Assembly (NCBI GenBank): GCA_027347985.1
Contig: DAIEQH010000001.1
Location: forward strand, 1-56,176
DNA: 56,176 nt
Direction: 5' to 3'
DNA from: Candidatus Nomurabacteria bacterium
GTDB lineage: Bacteria; Patescibacteriota; Minisyncoccia; Phycocordibacterales; UBA9973
Shown here: one piece after another, positions 1 through 8,950 of the stretch
How positions within the stretch are numbered: the stretch's first letter is position 1
Layout: each line of letters begins with the position of its first letter
Made by a program: the position numbers and the translations under genes
Notes under the pieces: model-generated
The model's database searches: none
Told to the model about the DNA's origin: nothing
What the model saw: only the letters and a program-made list of their open reading frames with translations

Positions 1-374
1 AATTGATCAAGTGGAAAATGACGATATACCCAGGCAACTTTCCCTTGTTTCCCTTCATTATCCATAACCTGCTTCATGGTGTCATGAAAACGCTTACAGA
101 ATGGACATTCGGTATCTGAATACTCCACAATCTTTACTGGAGCATTAGGGTTGCCTCTGATATGGTCGCTTGCTGATACAGGAATCATTTTTTCTAGATT
201 ACCCGTCTCTTGTTCTGCTACCTGAGGCTGTTGTTTTACGTTTACTTGAGCAGTGTTTGACTTGTTCCCACTTAAAAGCACAGCTCCCGCAACCAGTACC
301 CCAGCCAAAATTATGGCAGCAGGTACACTCATATTCGTTTTAGAAACTTTTGTTGTTTGTATATTTTCTTCCAT
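1..374 (-). CDS. DsbA/thioredoxin-fold thiol:disulfide oxidoreductase, N-terminal part (C-terminus runs off the window)
   Basis: Own translation from the ATG at 374 gives MEENIQTTKVSKTNMSVPAAIILAGVLVAGAVLL (TM anchor), then NPNAPVKIVEYSDTECPFCKRFH and WVYRHFPLDQ. The CPFC motif sits in a DsbA-like context. It is absent from the ORF track because there is no stop in the window. Confidence 0.7.
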   Translation of the reverse strand, partial: MEENIQTTKVSKTNMSVPAAIILAGVLVAGAVLLSGNKSNTAQVNVKQQPQVAEQETGNLEKMIPVSASDHIRGNPNAPVKIVEYSDTECPFCKRFHDTMKQVMDNEGKQGKVAWVYRHFPLDQ

Positions 375-441
375 GTTTTTATAAAATTAAATTAATAAAT
401 CCACATTGAAAAATCGATGTGGAAATTTGTTTTAATTTTAT

Positions 442-831
442 TTAGAAGATTTTAGGATTTAAAATTCCATTAGAAAAAGTTTCTTTGAGTGGGTTAAATA
501 TCCGGAAACTATTTATGATATTTTTTAAAAATAGAAAAGATGGTCTCTGCACTAAAAATCTATTATGGAAAACAAATCTACCTATTAGAATAAATGCTAG
601 TATAAATAAAAACACAGATACTATATTTTTTGTCGGCAACACGGTAAAAGCATTTTGCCATTCTTGAATATGTTCCATTGGATTCATTTGGCACATAGCC
701 TCTGAGTGAGCACTGAAAGGGCAATCAGCTTCAGATTTATTTGAAGTTAAGCCAAACTCAAGTTGAAAGAACCCAAAAATTAGGATCCATATGGTACATA
801 TTATTACTGTAAGTTTTATTGAATTTTTCAT
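442..831 (-). CDS. Small membrane protein with a Cys/Met/His-rich loop (unknown family)
   Basis: 129-aa ORF. Hydrophobic segments are at about aa 5-25 and 70-88. The loop reads CPFSAHSEAMCQMNPMEH. It lies immediately upstream of the DsbA-like gene on the same strand. Confidence 0.5.
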   Translation of the reverse strand: MKNSIKLTVIICTIWILIFGFFQLEFGLTSNKSEADCPFSAHSEAMCQMNPMEHIQEWQNAFTVLPTKNIVSVFLFILAFILIGRFVFHNRFLVQRPSFLFLKNIINSFRIFNPLKETFSNGILNPKIF

Positions 832-896
832 TTTGGGCTATAAAATATATACTAACTGACCAACTGATTATATCATTTTATGGCATCAAACGAAAA

Positions 897-920
897 CATA
901 GTAATTTTTGAATTACTATG
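897..920 (-). terminator. Hairpin downstream of the minus-strand tRNA-Ser
   Basis: Perfect 10-bp stem catagtaatt/aattactatg with loop tttg. In minus sense it is followed by ttttcgttt. Confidence 0.4.
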
Positions 921-943
921 TATCTCGTGCTACCTGTCAATCG

Positions 944-1028
944 CGGAGGCGGTGAGATTCGAACTCACGGTCCTGTAAGGGACGGCGGTTTAGTAAACCG
1001 CTGATTTAAGCCACTCATCCACGCCTCC
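944..1028 (-). tRNA. Type II (long variable arm) tRNA, Ser-like, with the anticodon loop read as UUACUAA (anticodon ACU)
   Basis: Manual cloverleaf: acceptor GGAGGCG/CGCCTCC, discriminator G, 3-bp D stem, anticodon stem GCGGT/ACCGC, variable arm gtcc..ggac, T arm GTGAG-TTCGAAT-CTCAC. No encoded CCA. Confidence 0.75.
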
Positions 1029-1097
1029 AAATTACCCAAGGATTATAACAGAAAAATGGAAAAAAGCTAAGAATATGCTAAAGTAATTAAGTTGTAT

Positions 1098-1186
1098 GGA
1101 GCCGTGTCAGAGTGGTCTAACGTACCTCTTTGCTAAAGAGGCAGGGGCTTCAAAACCCCTCGACGGTTCGAATCCGTCCGGCTCCG
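1098..1186 (+). tRNA. tRNA-Ser (anticodon GCU)
   Basis: Acceptor GGAGCCG/CGGCTCC, discriminator G, anticodon stem CCTCT/AGAGG with loop TTGCTAA, long variable arm CAGGGGCTTCAAAACCCCTC, T arm GACGG-TTCGAAT-CCGTC. Confidence 0.9.
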
Positions 1187-1189
1187 CAT

Positions 1190-3352
1190 ATGGAATTAAG
1201 TGATAGATTGGAAACAAAATTCCGCTTGGATGAAAGTCAAAAAAGGGCTTTGCGTAAACTCAATCTTTTTTCTGTTCATGATTTACTTTTTCACTTCCCT
1301 GTCAGATACAGCGATATGAGCGAAATAAAAAAAATATCTGAATTAGTTGCTGGCGAGACAGCGACAGTTTGTGGAAAAATTTCAAACCTAAAAACAAAAA
1401 AAGGGTTTAAATCAAAAATTCCGATGGGCGAAGCCCAAATAGAAGACTTGTCTGGAAAAATAAAAATCACATGGTTTCACCAAGCCTATCTAGCAAAGAT
1501 GATTCACGAAGGAGACAATGTGAAATTGACTGGGAAAGTGACAGCAAGTAAATACGGCACATATTTAGCCAACCCAGAATTCGAAAAGACACCTAATATG
1601 CCAATAGATTCGCATGACACTTTATTTACAAAAGAAGGTGCGGATAATGCTGGATATTCCTTCCCTATTTATCACGAAACAAAAGGCATTACTTCCAAGT
1701 GGTTTTATCATGCAATAGAGAAAATATTAAGAGATAAAACTTTAGATAAAGTGGAAGATTATATTCCAGAAGATATTCTAAAAAAATATAGCTTGCCGAC
1801 ATTGAAAACATCTTTAGTCTGGATTCACAAACCAAAAAATGCACGAGATGCAGAGTCAGCCAGAAAAAGATTCGCTTTCGAAGAAGTTTTTTGTATTCAA
1901 CTTGAGCGTCAGCATGACAAATTAGAATACAGAAAAAATAAATCATTTCAAATAAAAGTAAATGAAAAAGAAAAAGAAGAATTTATAAAACGCTTCCCTT
2001 TCACCCCAACTAATTCACAAAAAAAATCCATCCAAACTATTTTGGATGATATGGGCAGAACTTTCCCAATGTCTCGACTTTTAGAAGGAGATGTCGGCAG
2101 TGGCAAGACAGCTGTCGCCGCCACAGCCGCACACACGACAGTCAAACAAATTCCCAAAGGCCAAGGTTTTGGTAATTTGCAGGTCGCCTATATGGCACCA
2201 ACTGAGATATTGGCGGCTCAGCATTTCGAGTCTTTTATACAGTATTTTAAGCACCTACCAATCAACATAGGCCTTATTACAGGCTCTGGTTGTCGCAAAT
2301 TCCCCTCTAAGGTCAATCCAAGTGGATGGACGGACATTTCTCGCACTCAGCTTTTAAAATGGACAGCAGAAGGAATTATACCGATTCTGATAGGCACACA
2401 TGCCCTCATTCAAAAAACTGTTAAATTTAAAAATCTGGCACTAGTGGTGATAGACGAACAACATCGCTTCGGTACAGCTCAAAGAAGAAAACTCGTTCGC
2501 AAAGACAATATCGCTCCTCATTTACTTTCCATGACAGCGACACCTATTCCCCGCACTTTGGCTCTGACAATTTATGGAGACTTAGATTTATCTTTACTTG
2601 ATGAGATGCCAGCGGGCAGAAAACAAATAATCACAGAAATTATCACACCTCTAAAACGTGATGAAACTTATGAAAAAGTGAGAGTGGAATTAAAAAATGG
2701 TAGACAACTCTATGTCATCTGTCCTCGAATAGATGAACCCGATCCCGCTAAAGAAATGGCCGTACAAGCGAAGTCTGCGGTAGCGGAAGCGAAACGTTTA
2801 AAGAAAGAAGTATTTCCTGAATATGAAATAGGAGTGCTTCATTCAAAAATGAGTAAAGAGAAAAAAGAAAATGTGATGAAAGATTTTACCGATGGAAAAA
2901 TAAATATTTTATGTGCGACATCTGTGGTGGAGGTCGGAGTGAATGTTCCTAATGCTACAATCATAATCATTGAAGGAGCAGAAAGATTCGGCCTAGCGCA
3001 ACTTCATCAGCTTCGTGGACGCGTCATCAGAAGTAATTATCAAGCATATTGTTATGTTTTTGCTGATGCGAAAAGCGACAAAACTATTCAAAGGTTGAAG
3101 GCTTTAAAAACTGCCAAAAATGGTTTTGAATTGGCAGAATTGGATTTAACTTTAAGAGGTGCTGGAGAATTAGGAGGCACAAAACAATGGGGCATCTCAG
3201 ATTTAGGAATGGAAGCAATAAAAAATTTAAAAATGGTAGAAGCCGCCCGCACCGAAGCCATTCGCCTCATCGGAGAAGATTCTGAACTCTCAAAATATCC
3301 CCTCCTTAAACAAAAGGTTCACGAAAAAGCTGGAGAATTCCATTTTGAGTAA
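1190..3352 (+). CDS. recG: ATP-dependent DNA helicase RecG
   Basis: Motifs DVGSGKT, DEQHRFG and QLHQLRGRVIRS, plus an N-terminal wedge-like region. The start was moved to the ATG at 1190 (MELSDRLE) because the track start at 1130 lies inside the tRNA-Ser. Confidence 0.9.
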   Translation: MELSDRLETKFRLDESQKRALRKLNLFSVHDLLFHFPVRYSDMSEIKKISELVAGETATVCGKISNLKTKKGFKSKIPMGEAQIEDLSGKIKITWFHQAYLAKMIHEGDNVKLTGKVTASKYGTYLANPEFEKTPNMPIDSHDTLFTKEGADNAGYSFPIYHETKGITSKWFYHAIEKILRDKTLDKVEDYIPEDILKKYSLPTLKTSLVWIHKPKNARDAESARKRFAFEEVFCIQLERQHDKLEYRKNKSFQIKVNEKEKEEFIKRFPFTPTNSQKKSIQTILDDMGRTFPMSRLLEGDVGSGKTAVAATAAHTTVKQIPKGQGFGNLQVAYMAPTEILAAQHFESFIQYFKHLPINIGLITGSGCRKFPSKVNPSGWTDISRTQLLKWTAEGIIPILIGTHALIQKTVKFKNLALVVIDEQHRFGTAQRRKLVRKDNIAPHLLSMTATPIPRTLALTIYGDLDLSLLDEMPAGRKQIITEIITPLKRDETYEKVRVELKNGRQLYVICPRIDEPDPAKEMAVQAKSAVAEAKRLKKEVFPEYEIGVLHSKMSKEKKENVMKDFTDGKINILCATSVVEVGVNVPNATIIIIEGAERFGLAQLHQLRGRVIRSNYQAYCYVFADAKSDKTIQRLKALKTAKNGFELAELDLTLRGAGELGGTKQWGISDLGMEAIKNLKMVEAARTEAIRLIGEDSELSKYPLLKQKVHEKAGEFHFE

Positions 3353-3366
3353 GATTTATATTTTAC

Positions 3367-3714
3367 TTATAAATGCAAAATTACATTTTCAAAAAAATTT
3401 TCAATTTTACCAGGTGCGGTCATTTCTCCTGGAGAAAGAACATTACCGCTTGCTTCATCAAAAAATATTCTCCTAACTTCATCTAGAATAGATTTTTTAT
3501 CTTTTGACATTTTTAAAGCCTGTACAGCTAAAGTAACCATTTTGTCCATAGATTGGTCAACTTGAGTTTGAAGATGTTCAAGTTCGTCATCGTTTTTATT
3601 GTCGTGTCTTGTATATTTGGTGAATTCCCAACAAATGTTTTTGTATGCAGAAAATAATGTTTTAAATTCATTTTTGAAAGCTTCTTGATTAAATTGTGCT
3701 GGCAACTGCTCCAT
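3367..3714 (-). CDS. Hypothetical protein (115 aa)
   Basis: ORF only. No recognisable motif. Confidence 0.4.
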   Translation of the reverse strand: MEQLPAQFNQEAFKNEFKTLFSAYKNICWEFTKYTRHDNKNDDELEHLQTQVDQSMDKMVTLAVQALKMSKDKKSILDEVRRIFFDEASGNVLSPGEMTAPGKIENFFENVILHL

Positions 3715-3745
3715 ATTTAATATAGTAACATTTATTTATAATTTG

Positions 3746-3818
3746 TCCGCCCTCTAGGACTCGAACCTAGGACACGACGAGTATAAGTCGTCTGCTCTAC
3801 CAACTGAGCTAAGGGCGG
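3746..3818 (-). tRNA. tRNA-Ile with anticodon UAU (AUA decoder)
   Basis: CCGCCCT-TA-GCTC-AGTTGGTA-GAGC-A-GACGA-CTTATAC-TCGTC-GTGTC-CTAGG-TTCGAGT-CCTAG-AGGGCGG-A. The body resembles minor tRNA-Ile2, but position 34 is T rather than C. Confidence 0.85.
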
Positions 3819-3866
3819 ATATTAACAAATACACAATATCCTATTTCCCCATTAAAAACAACACCT

Positions 3867-4597
3867 TACGGAGGTTTACGGAGGTTAAACCTCCGTATCT
3901 TCTGCAAATTCAATACTATCTAGCCAACTATGTACAAATTCTCTAAAAGAAACTTCATTCTGAAAATAATCTGGGAAAACTGACTTATTTAAGATACTTC
4001 CTTCTACTCTATCAATGCCAGTAAAATCTAGATAACTAGAATAGGTATAAGTTGATAAAAATTCTTTCGCCTTTTCATTATTCTTAACTATTTTTTCTTT
4101 CCATTTTGTTTCAATAAGTTTTATTGGATTTAAGTGAATATAAGCATAGAGATATTTTAAATATTTATCTTCATCAACATGTCTAGCTTTAAAACTTCCC
4201 TGGAACAGAACACCCGATCTTTTATAGACCTTATTAAAATACATAGTATAAGCTGTCATTAGTTTTTGCATAAACAAACTTATACCTCCTTCAACTTTTT
4301 CCTTAAGTAGTAGATGAAAATGATTAGGCATTAAACAGTATGCACCAATATCTACTAAAGTATTTTCCCTCTTCAAATTAAACTTTTCTACGGAGGTTAA
4401 ACCTCCGTAATTTCTAATTTCTATGGAAGAAGAATTATTACAGATAAAAAGAAGGAAAAGAAAACGCTCGTAATCTCTTTTGTTTAAAAAGATTTTTCTT
4501 TTTTCTACTCCCCTATTATAAATATGATAATACTCCTCTGGGGCAAAAACATAATCTCGTGCCATACAAGTATTATACACGGAGGTTTAACCTCCGT
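3867..4597 (-). mobile_element. IS200/RAYT-like single-gene element bracketed by tacggaggt..acctccgta hairpins
   Basis: Hairpins at 3877-3897 (preceded by a half-repeat tacggaggtt at 3867-3876) and at 4579-4597 flank the Y1-transposase-like gene. The overall size of about 730 bp is IS200-like. Confidence 0.6.
3885..4565 (-). CDS. IS200-like / REP-associated tyrosine (Y1, HUH) transposase family protein
   Basis: Motifs YHIYNRGVEKRKIF, CLMPNHFHLLL (HUH) and YAYIHLNPIK. The likely start is MARDYVF at 4565. The stop codon lies inside the 3877-3897 hairpin. Confidence 0.75.
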   Translation of the reverse strand: MARDYVFAPEEYYHIYNRGVEKRKIFLNKRDYERFLFLLFICNNSSSIEIRNYGGLTSVEKFNLKRENTLVDIGAYCLMPNHFHLLLKEKVEGGISLFMQKLMTAYTMYFNKVYKRSGVLFQGSFKARHVDEDKYLKYLYAYIHLNPIKLIETKWKEKIVKNNEKAKEFLSTYTYSSYLDFTGIDRVEGSILNKSVFPDYFQNEVSFREFVHSWLDSIEFAEDTEV

Positions 4598-4603
4598 AAA
4601 GAC

Positions 4604-6547
4604 TTAACTTTTTATTTCCAATTTCGCCTCCCCCTCCACTTTCTTCGGCATTATTCCATTGGCGATTATTATTTTGTTGTATTCTTCTTGTTCCAACGTC
4701 TCAACTTCGATAAGTTTATTGGCTATAGCATCTAAAGCTTTTCTGTGTTCTGTCAAAACTTTTTCTGCTGATTTTATTCCATCATCTATAATTCTCTTTA
4801 CTTCAGAATCAACTTTCGTGGAAACTGTTTCCGAATATCCATCTTCCCTACTCTCTCCCCAACTTAATTTTCCTCCATCATTGCCTAATGTGACAGGTCC
4901 AATCAAGTCAGACATTCCCCAACGAGTGACCATCGCCCGAGCGAGATTGGTGGCCACTTGCAAATCGCTAGATGGACCAGTAGTAATATCACCGAAAATC
5001 ATTTTCTCAGCCACATAACCACCGAGAGACATTGCGATGTCATCTATAAATTCTTTTTTGGATTGAAGTCTTTTTTCTTCTAATGGCAATTTCAAAGTGT
5101 AACCCCCAGCATTACCTCGAGCAATGATGGAAACTTTGTGCACTGGGTCTGCATGTGGAAGAACAGAAGCGACGAGCGCATGCCCCGCTTCATGATATGC
5201 AGTAATTTTCTTTTCTTTAACAGAAAGTAAGTGACTTTTCCTCTCAGGGCCAAGCATTACTTTCTCGATAGCGCGGATTAAATCAAATTGAAAAACTTTT
5301 TTACGATTCTCACGAGCAGCCAAAATTGCCCCTTCATTCATTAAAGAATATAAGTCCGCACCAGAGAATCCGGGCGTTCTTTCGGCAATTAACTTCAAAT
5401 TTATATCTTCTGCTAATGGTTTCAATTGTGCGTGAATTTTTAAAATTTCTTCACGGTCTACACGGTCTGGCAAATCAAGTAAAACTTTTCTATCAAATCG
5501 TCCTGGACGGACAAGGGCTGGATCCAAGACATCAGGTCTGTTTGTAGCTGCCATGACAATCACTTTTTCATTTGGTTCAAAGCCGTCCATTTCAACTAGA
5601 ATCTGGTTTAAGGTTTGCTCTCTTTCATCATTTCCTCCTCCAAATCCCCCTCCACGGGTGCGCCCAATAGCATCTATTTCATCCATAAAAATAATGGCTG
5701 GAGCTGCTTTCTTGGCTACTTTGAAAAGATCTCGCACACGAGAAGCTCCGACACCGACAAACATTTCCACAAATTCAGAACCAGATAAATGGAAGAATGG
5801 CACGCCTGCTTCTCCGGCCACAGCTCTTGCAAGTAATGTCTTACCTGTCCCTGGAGCACCGGTTAGGATAACTCCCTTTGGGATTCTGGCACCAATATCT
5901 AAAAACTTCTTTGGATTTTTTAAAAAATCCACAATTTCTTTCAATTCTTCTTTCGCTTCTTTACATCCAGCAACATCTTTGAAGGTCACCTTATTATTTT
6001 TATCATTCGGATCAGTGATTCGGGCTTTTGATTGGCCGAAGGTAAAGGCTTGCATGCCGGCACCTTTCACTTGTCGTGATAAATACCAAATAAAAAACAA
6101 AATAAAAATGACTGGCAAAATAAAAGGCGCTAAATTTACCAGCCAGTATCCAAAACCACTTTCGTTTTTCACTTCTATATTTGTCAGAGCTAACTGTTCC
6201 GGCTTTACTCCATAGTTAAATAAAGTTTGAGAAAGAGATGATTCAGTTTCTTTTTTAGAAATTTTTGTTGTATCGTCTTTATAAGTAATGGTGAGTTTTT
6301 CTCCTTCTACTACGATGCCTTTGACATCTCCTGATTGCACACTTTTTGCTAAATCAGAAATAGAAACTTCTGGGGTAATAGTTGAAGTGCTAGAAATCAT
6401 CAAATAAAGAGCTGTAATGGTCATAAATATCAAAATAGAGCCTAAAATACTACCCGAAAATTTAGGGTTTTCTTTCCCTTTTTTGCCCTTATTTTTCTTA
6501 TTTCCTTGGTCTTTTTGGTTTAAAAAGTTAAAATCCATGATTTCCAA
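4604..6547 (-). CDS. ftsH: ATP-dependent zinc metalloprotease FtsH
   Basis: Two N-terminal TM segments, AAA+ [18 protein letters not shown], a DEIDA Walker B, and the Zn site HEAGHA. Confidence 0.95.
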   Translation of the reverse strand: MEIMDFNFLNQKDQGNKKNKGKKGKENPKFSGSILGSILIFMTITALYLMISSTSTITPEVSISDLAKSVQSGDVKGIVVEGEKLTITYKDDTTKISKKETESSLSQTLFNYGVKPEQLALTNIEVKNESGFGYWLVNLAPFILPVIFILFFIWYLSRQVKGAGMQAFTFGQSKARITDPNDKNNKVTFKDVAGCKEAKEELKEIVDFLKNPKKFLDIGARIPKGVILTGAPGTGKTLLARAVAGEAGVPFFHLSGSEFVEMFVGVGASRVRDLFKVAKKAAPAIIFMDEIDAIGRTRGGGFGGGNDEREQTLNQILVEMDGFEPNEKVIVMAATNRPDVLDPALVRPGRFDRKVLLDLPDRVDREEILKIHAQLKPLAEDINLKLIAERTPGFSGADLYSLMNEGAILAARENRKKVFQFDLIRAIEKVMLGPERKSHLLSVKEKKITAYHEAGHALVASVLPHADPVHKVSIIARGNAGGYTLKLPLEEKRLQSKKEFIDDIAMSLGGYVAEKMIFGDITTGPSSDLQVATNLARAMVTRWGMSDLIGPVTLGNDGGKLSWGESREDGYSETVSTKVDSEVKRIIDDGIKSAEKVLTEHRKALDAIANKLIEVETLEQEEYNKIIIANGIMPKKVEGEAKLEIKS

Positions 6548-6597
6548 TCATAGCATAGAAAACTAAAAAATTAAAATTCTAGAAATATATTTCGTTG

Positions 6598-6997
6598 TGG
6601 AGATGCGGGGAATCGAACCCCGGTGCAGAAGATTTTTGCAAAGAAATCTACATGTGTGTTTCACTTTTTGTTTTAGATTAAAAAATTCTTAAGCGAACGA
6701 AATATTTTTTAATCGATTCCCTTTTAATTTTTTAGGAAAGTCAGGACCCACTTTCCCCTATCCCGATAATATTATGCCTTGCTCTTATATATCGGAAGTC
6801 TATAAGAGAGACACGAGCTTACGCGGTTGCGGAAACTCGAGCAAAAGCAAAATCCTTCACACCGAAGTATGGAGAAATTTTTGCAAATGCCTTAGAAGTC
6901 AATTTTGCAATTAACATTTGAACGAATTTTTACGAGATTACGTCCGTTCTCGACATGCATCTTTACAATAGATCTACTGTCTATGCCTTGCATCCCC
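6598..6997 (-). ncRNA. ssrA: tmRNA (SsrA)
   Basis: The 5' GGGGATG pairs with the 3' CATCTCC-A, including a G3:U pair (Ala identity). The 3' T arm is CGGGG-TTCGATT-CCCCG. It sits 13 nt downstream of smpB. A candidate tag frame is at 6819-6908. Confidence 0.85.
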
Positions 6998-7010
6998 AAA
7001 TATTTTTTTA

Positions 7011-7457
7011 TCAACGTTCTTTATATTCTCTTCTAATCTCGCGATCAGTCTCACGTTTTTTTATAGTCTCACGTTTATCTAGTTTTCTCTTTCCTTTTGC
7101 TAAAGCTATTTCTATCTTTATTTTTCTGCCCTTATTATACACTGAAATCGGCACTATTGTCAAACTCTTATTCTTCTCACTCTCGGCTAGCTTATCTATT
7201 TCTTTTTTTGTGAGTAAAAGTTTCTTATTTCGTAATGGATCATAGTCTTTGGGTATATTATTCGCCTGATAAGGTTCCACATTAGCATTTATCAAAAATA
7301 CTTCCCCTCCCCGAACAACGACAAAGGCACCTTCTAGAGACATTTTTCCACTTCTTACAGATTTAACTTCCACACCTAAAAGCTCAATACCTGCCTCGTA
7401 TTTTTCCAAAATTTCATAATTAAAATATGCTTTTCTGTTTCCTCCATAATTGGCCAT
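7011..7457 (-). CDS. smpB: SsrA-binding protein SmpB
   Basis: KAYFNYEILEKYEAGIELLGVEVKSVR and PLRNKKLLLTKKEI, with a basic C-terminal tail. Confidence 0.93.
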   Translation of the reverse strand: MANYGGNRKAYFNYEILEKYEAGIELLGVEVKSVRSGKMSLEGAFVVVRGGEVFLINANVEPYQANNIPKDYDPLRNKKLLLTKKEIDKLAESEKNKSLTIVPISVYNKGRKIKIEIALAKGKRKLDKRETIKKRETDREIRREYKER

Positions 7458-7514
7458 ATATACATATTAGCACATGCTTATAGTCTTATAAAAATTATGT
7501 TAAGATAAATAAAT

Positions 7515-8912
7515 ATGGAACAAAGACCAAAATTATCCGTAACTGGATATCGGTGGACTTTTGAAGAAAAACAAGATGGACAAGTGGCATTTGAATATGT
7601 TCGCTCTTTTGCCAAAATGATTAAAGAAAAATCAGGTGGTAAACAAGAAATAAAATTCATTGTTGGCAGAGATGCCAGAAAATCTGGGAGTAAAATATTC
7701 CAGGCTGTAAAAGAAGAATTAAATAGAGAAAATATAAAAATAACCTACGTTGGAATTATTCCTATCCCCTCAGTAATGTTGCTTACCAGAAAATTAAATT
7801 TTGATGGAGGAATAATGATAACAGCTTCTCATAATCCTCCAGAATACAACGGCGTTAAGTTTATTTTACCTACTGGTAAATTAACTAATGAAGAAGAAAC
7901 AACCAGACTTATAGAAATAAGAAAAAATTTAAATGATGAAGAAAAAAAACCTATAGAGTTTACTGACGAAGAAGAAGAGAAAGTGGACAATAGCGAATTC
8001 CGAAAAATCCACATTGAAGAAATATTAAAAAATATAGATGTAGAACTTATTAGAAGTAAAAAATTCAAAGTGGCGCTAGATCCGATAAATAGTGGAGGCA
8101 GTATCATTACTCAAGAATTATTACGGGAACTTAATTGCCAAGTTTATGTTATAAATGAGAAACCTGACGGAAATTTTGCCCATATTCCAGAACCTTTGCC
8201 AAAAAATCTTGGGCAAATAGCTCAAGCGGTAAAAGAAAGTGGGTCAAACATTGGTTTCGCTCAAGATCCAGATGCAGACCGATTGGTTATAGTGAATGAA
8301 AAAGGCGAAGTAGTTTGGGAAGAACTTACTATCACTCTTGCTGTAAAAAGTATTTTGTCTAGAAAAGAATTTATTAACCAATCAAATAATGTTGTGACAA
8401 ACTTATCAACAACTCAAACATTGAGAGATGTTGTAGAGAGCTATGGTGGTAAACTGTATCGTACCAAAGTTGGTGAAGCAAATGTAATTCAAAAAATGGA
8501 AGAAGTAAATGCAATCATTGGAGGAGAAGGTAGTGGCGGAGTTATGTATCCTAAGGTTGGCTATTTTCGTGATAGTCTTTCTGGAATTGGTTTAATTTTG
8601 GAACTCTTAGCTAGAGAAAATGAAAAAATATCAGAGGTGATAAATAGCCTACCGAAATATTTCATGCTGAAAGATAAATGGTCTGCAGTCGGAGAAAATT
8701 TAAGTGAAATATATTCAAAATTAAAATCTCATTTTAAAGAAGCCACAATAGATGAGCAGGACGGGCTCCGTCTTGATTTTCCTAATAATTCTTGGATTCA
8801 TTTGAGGCCTTCTAATACCGAACCTATTATTAGGCTCTTTGGGGAAGCAAAAGACGAAAATTCCATAGAAGCTTTATTTAATGAAGCAAAGTTGACTTCT
8901 GGGCTAAAATAA
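7515..8912 (+). CDS. Alpha-D-phosphohexomutase (phosphoglucomutase/phosphomannomutase/GlmM-type)
   Basis: Active-site loop ITASHNPPEYNGVKF, metal loop FAQDPDADRL, and GGEGSGG. Confidence 0.85.
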   Translation: MEQRPKLSVTGYRWTFEEKQDGQVAFEYVRSFAKMIKEKSGGKQEIKFIVGRDARKSGSKIFQAVKEELNRENIKITYVGIIPIPSVMLLTRKLNFDGGIMITASHNPPEYNGVKFILPTGKLTNEEETTRLIEIRKNLNDEEKKPIEFTDEEEEKVDNSEFRKIHIEEILKNIDVELIRSKKFKVALDPINSGGSIITQELLRELNCQVYVINEKPDGNFAHIPEPLPKNLGQIAQAVKESGSNIGFAQDPDADRLVIVNEKGEVVWEELTITLAVKSILSRKEFINQSNNVVTNLSTTQTLRDVVESYGGKLYRTKVGEANVIQKMEEVNAIIGGEGSGGVMYPKVGYFRDSLSGIGLILELLARENEKISEVINSLPKYFMLKDKWSAVGENLSEIYSKLKSHFKEATIDEQDGLRLDFPNNSWIHLRPSNTEPIIRLFGEAKDENSIEALFNEAKLTSGLK

Positions 8913-8950
8913 GTTAAACTCTTCTTAGTTTTAAGTAGTAAAAACATCAA

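Noticed and set aside
1130-1189. N-terminal 20 codons of the recG track ORF (MLKRQGLQNPSTVRIRPAPH).
   Set aside because: This stretch is the 3' half of tRNA-Ser(GCU) read as protein. The ATG at 1190, directly after the tRNA, gives a normal RecG N-terminus.
5553-6215. Antisense ORFs from the track that lie inside long conserved genes. Examples are 5553-6215 in ftsH, 29481-29951 in dnaK, 42155-42586 over rpsK, 38278-38781 over grpE/paralog 6 and 40862-41179 in rpoA.
   Set aside because: They are low-complexity, Ser/Pro/Phe-rich shadow frames opposite well-supported genes. They have no motifs and no independent intergenic space.
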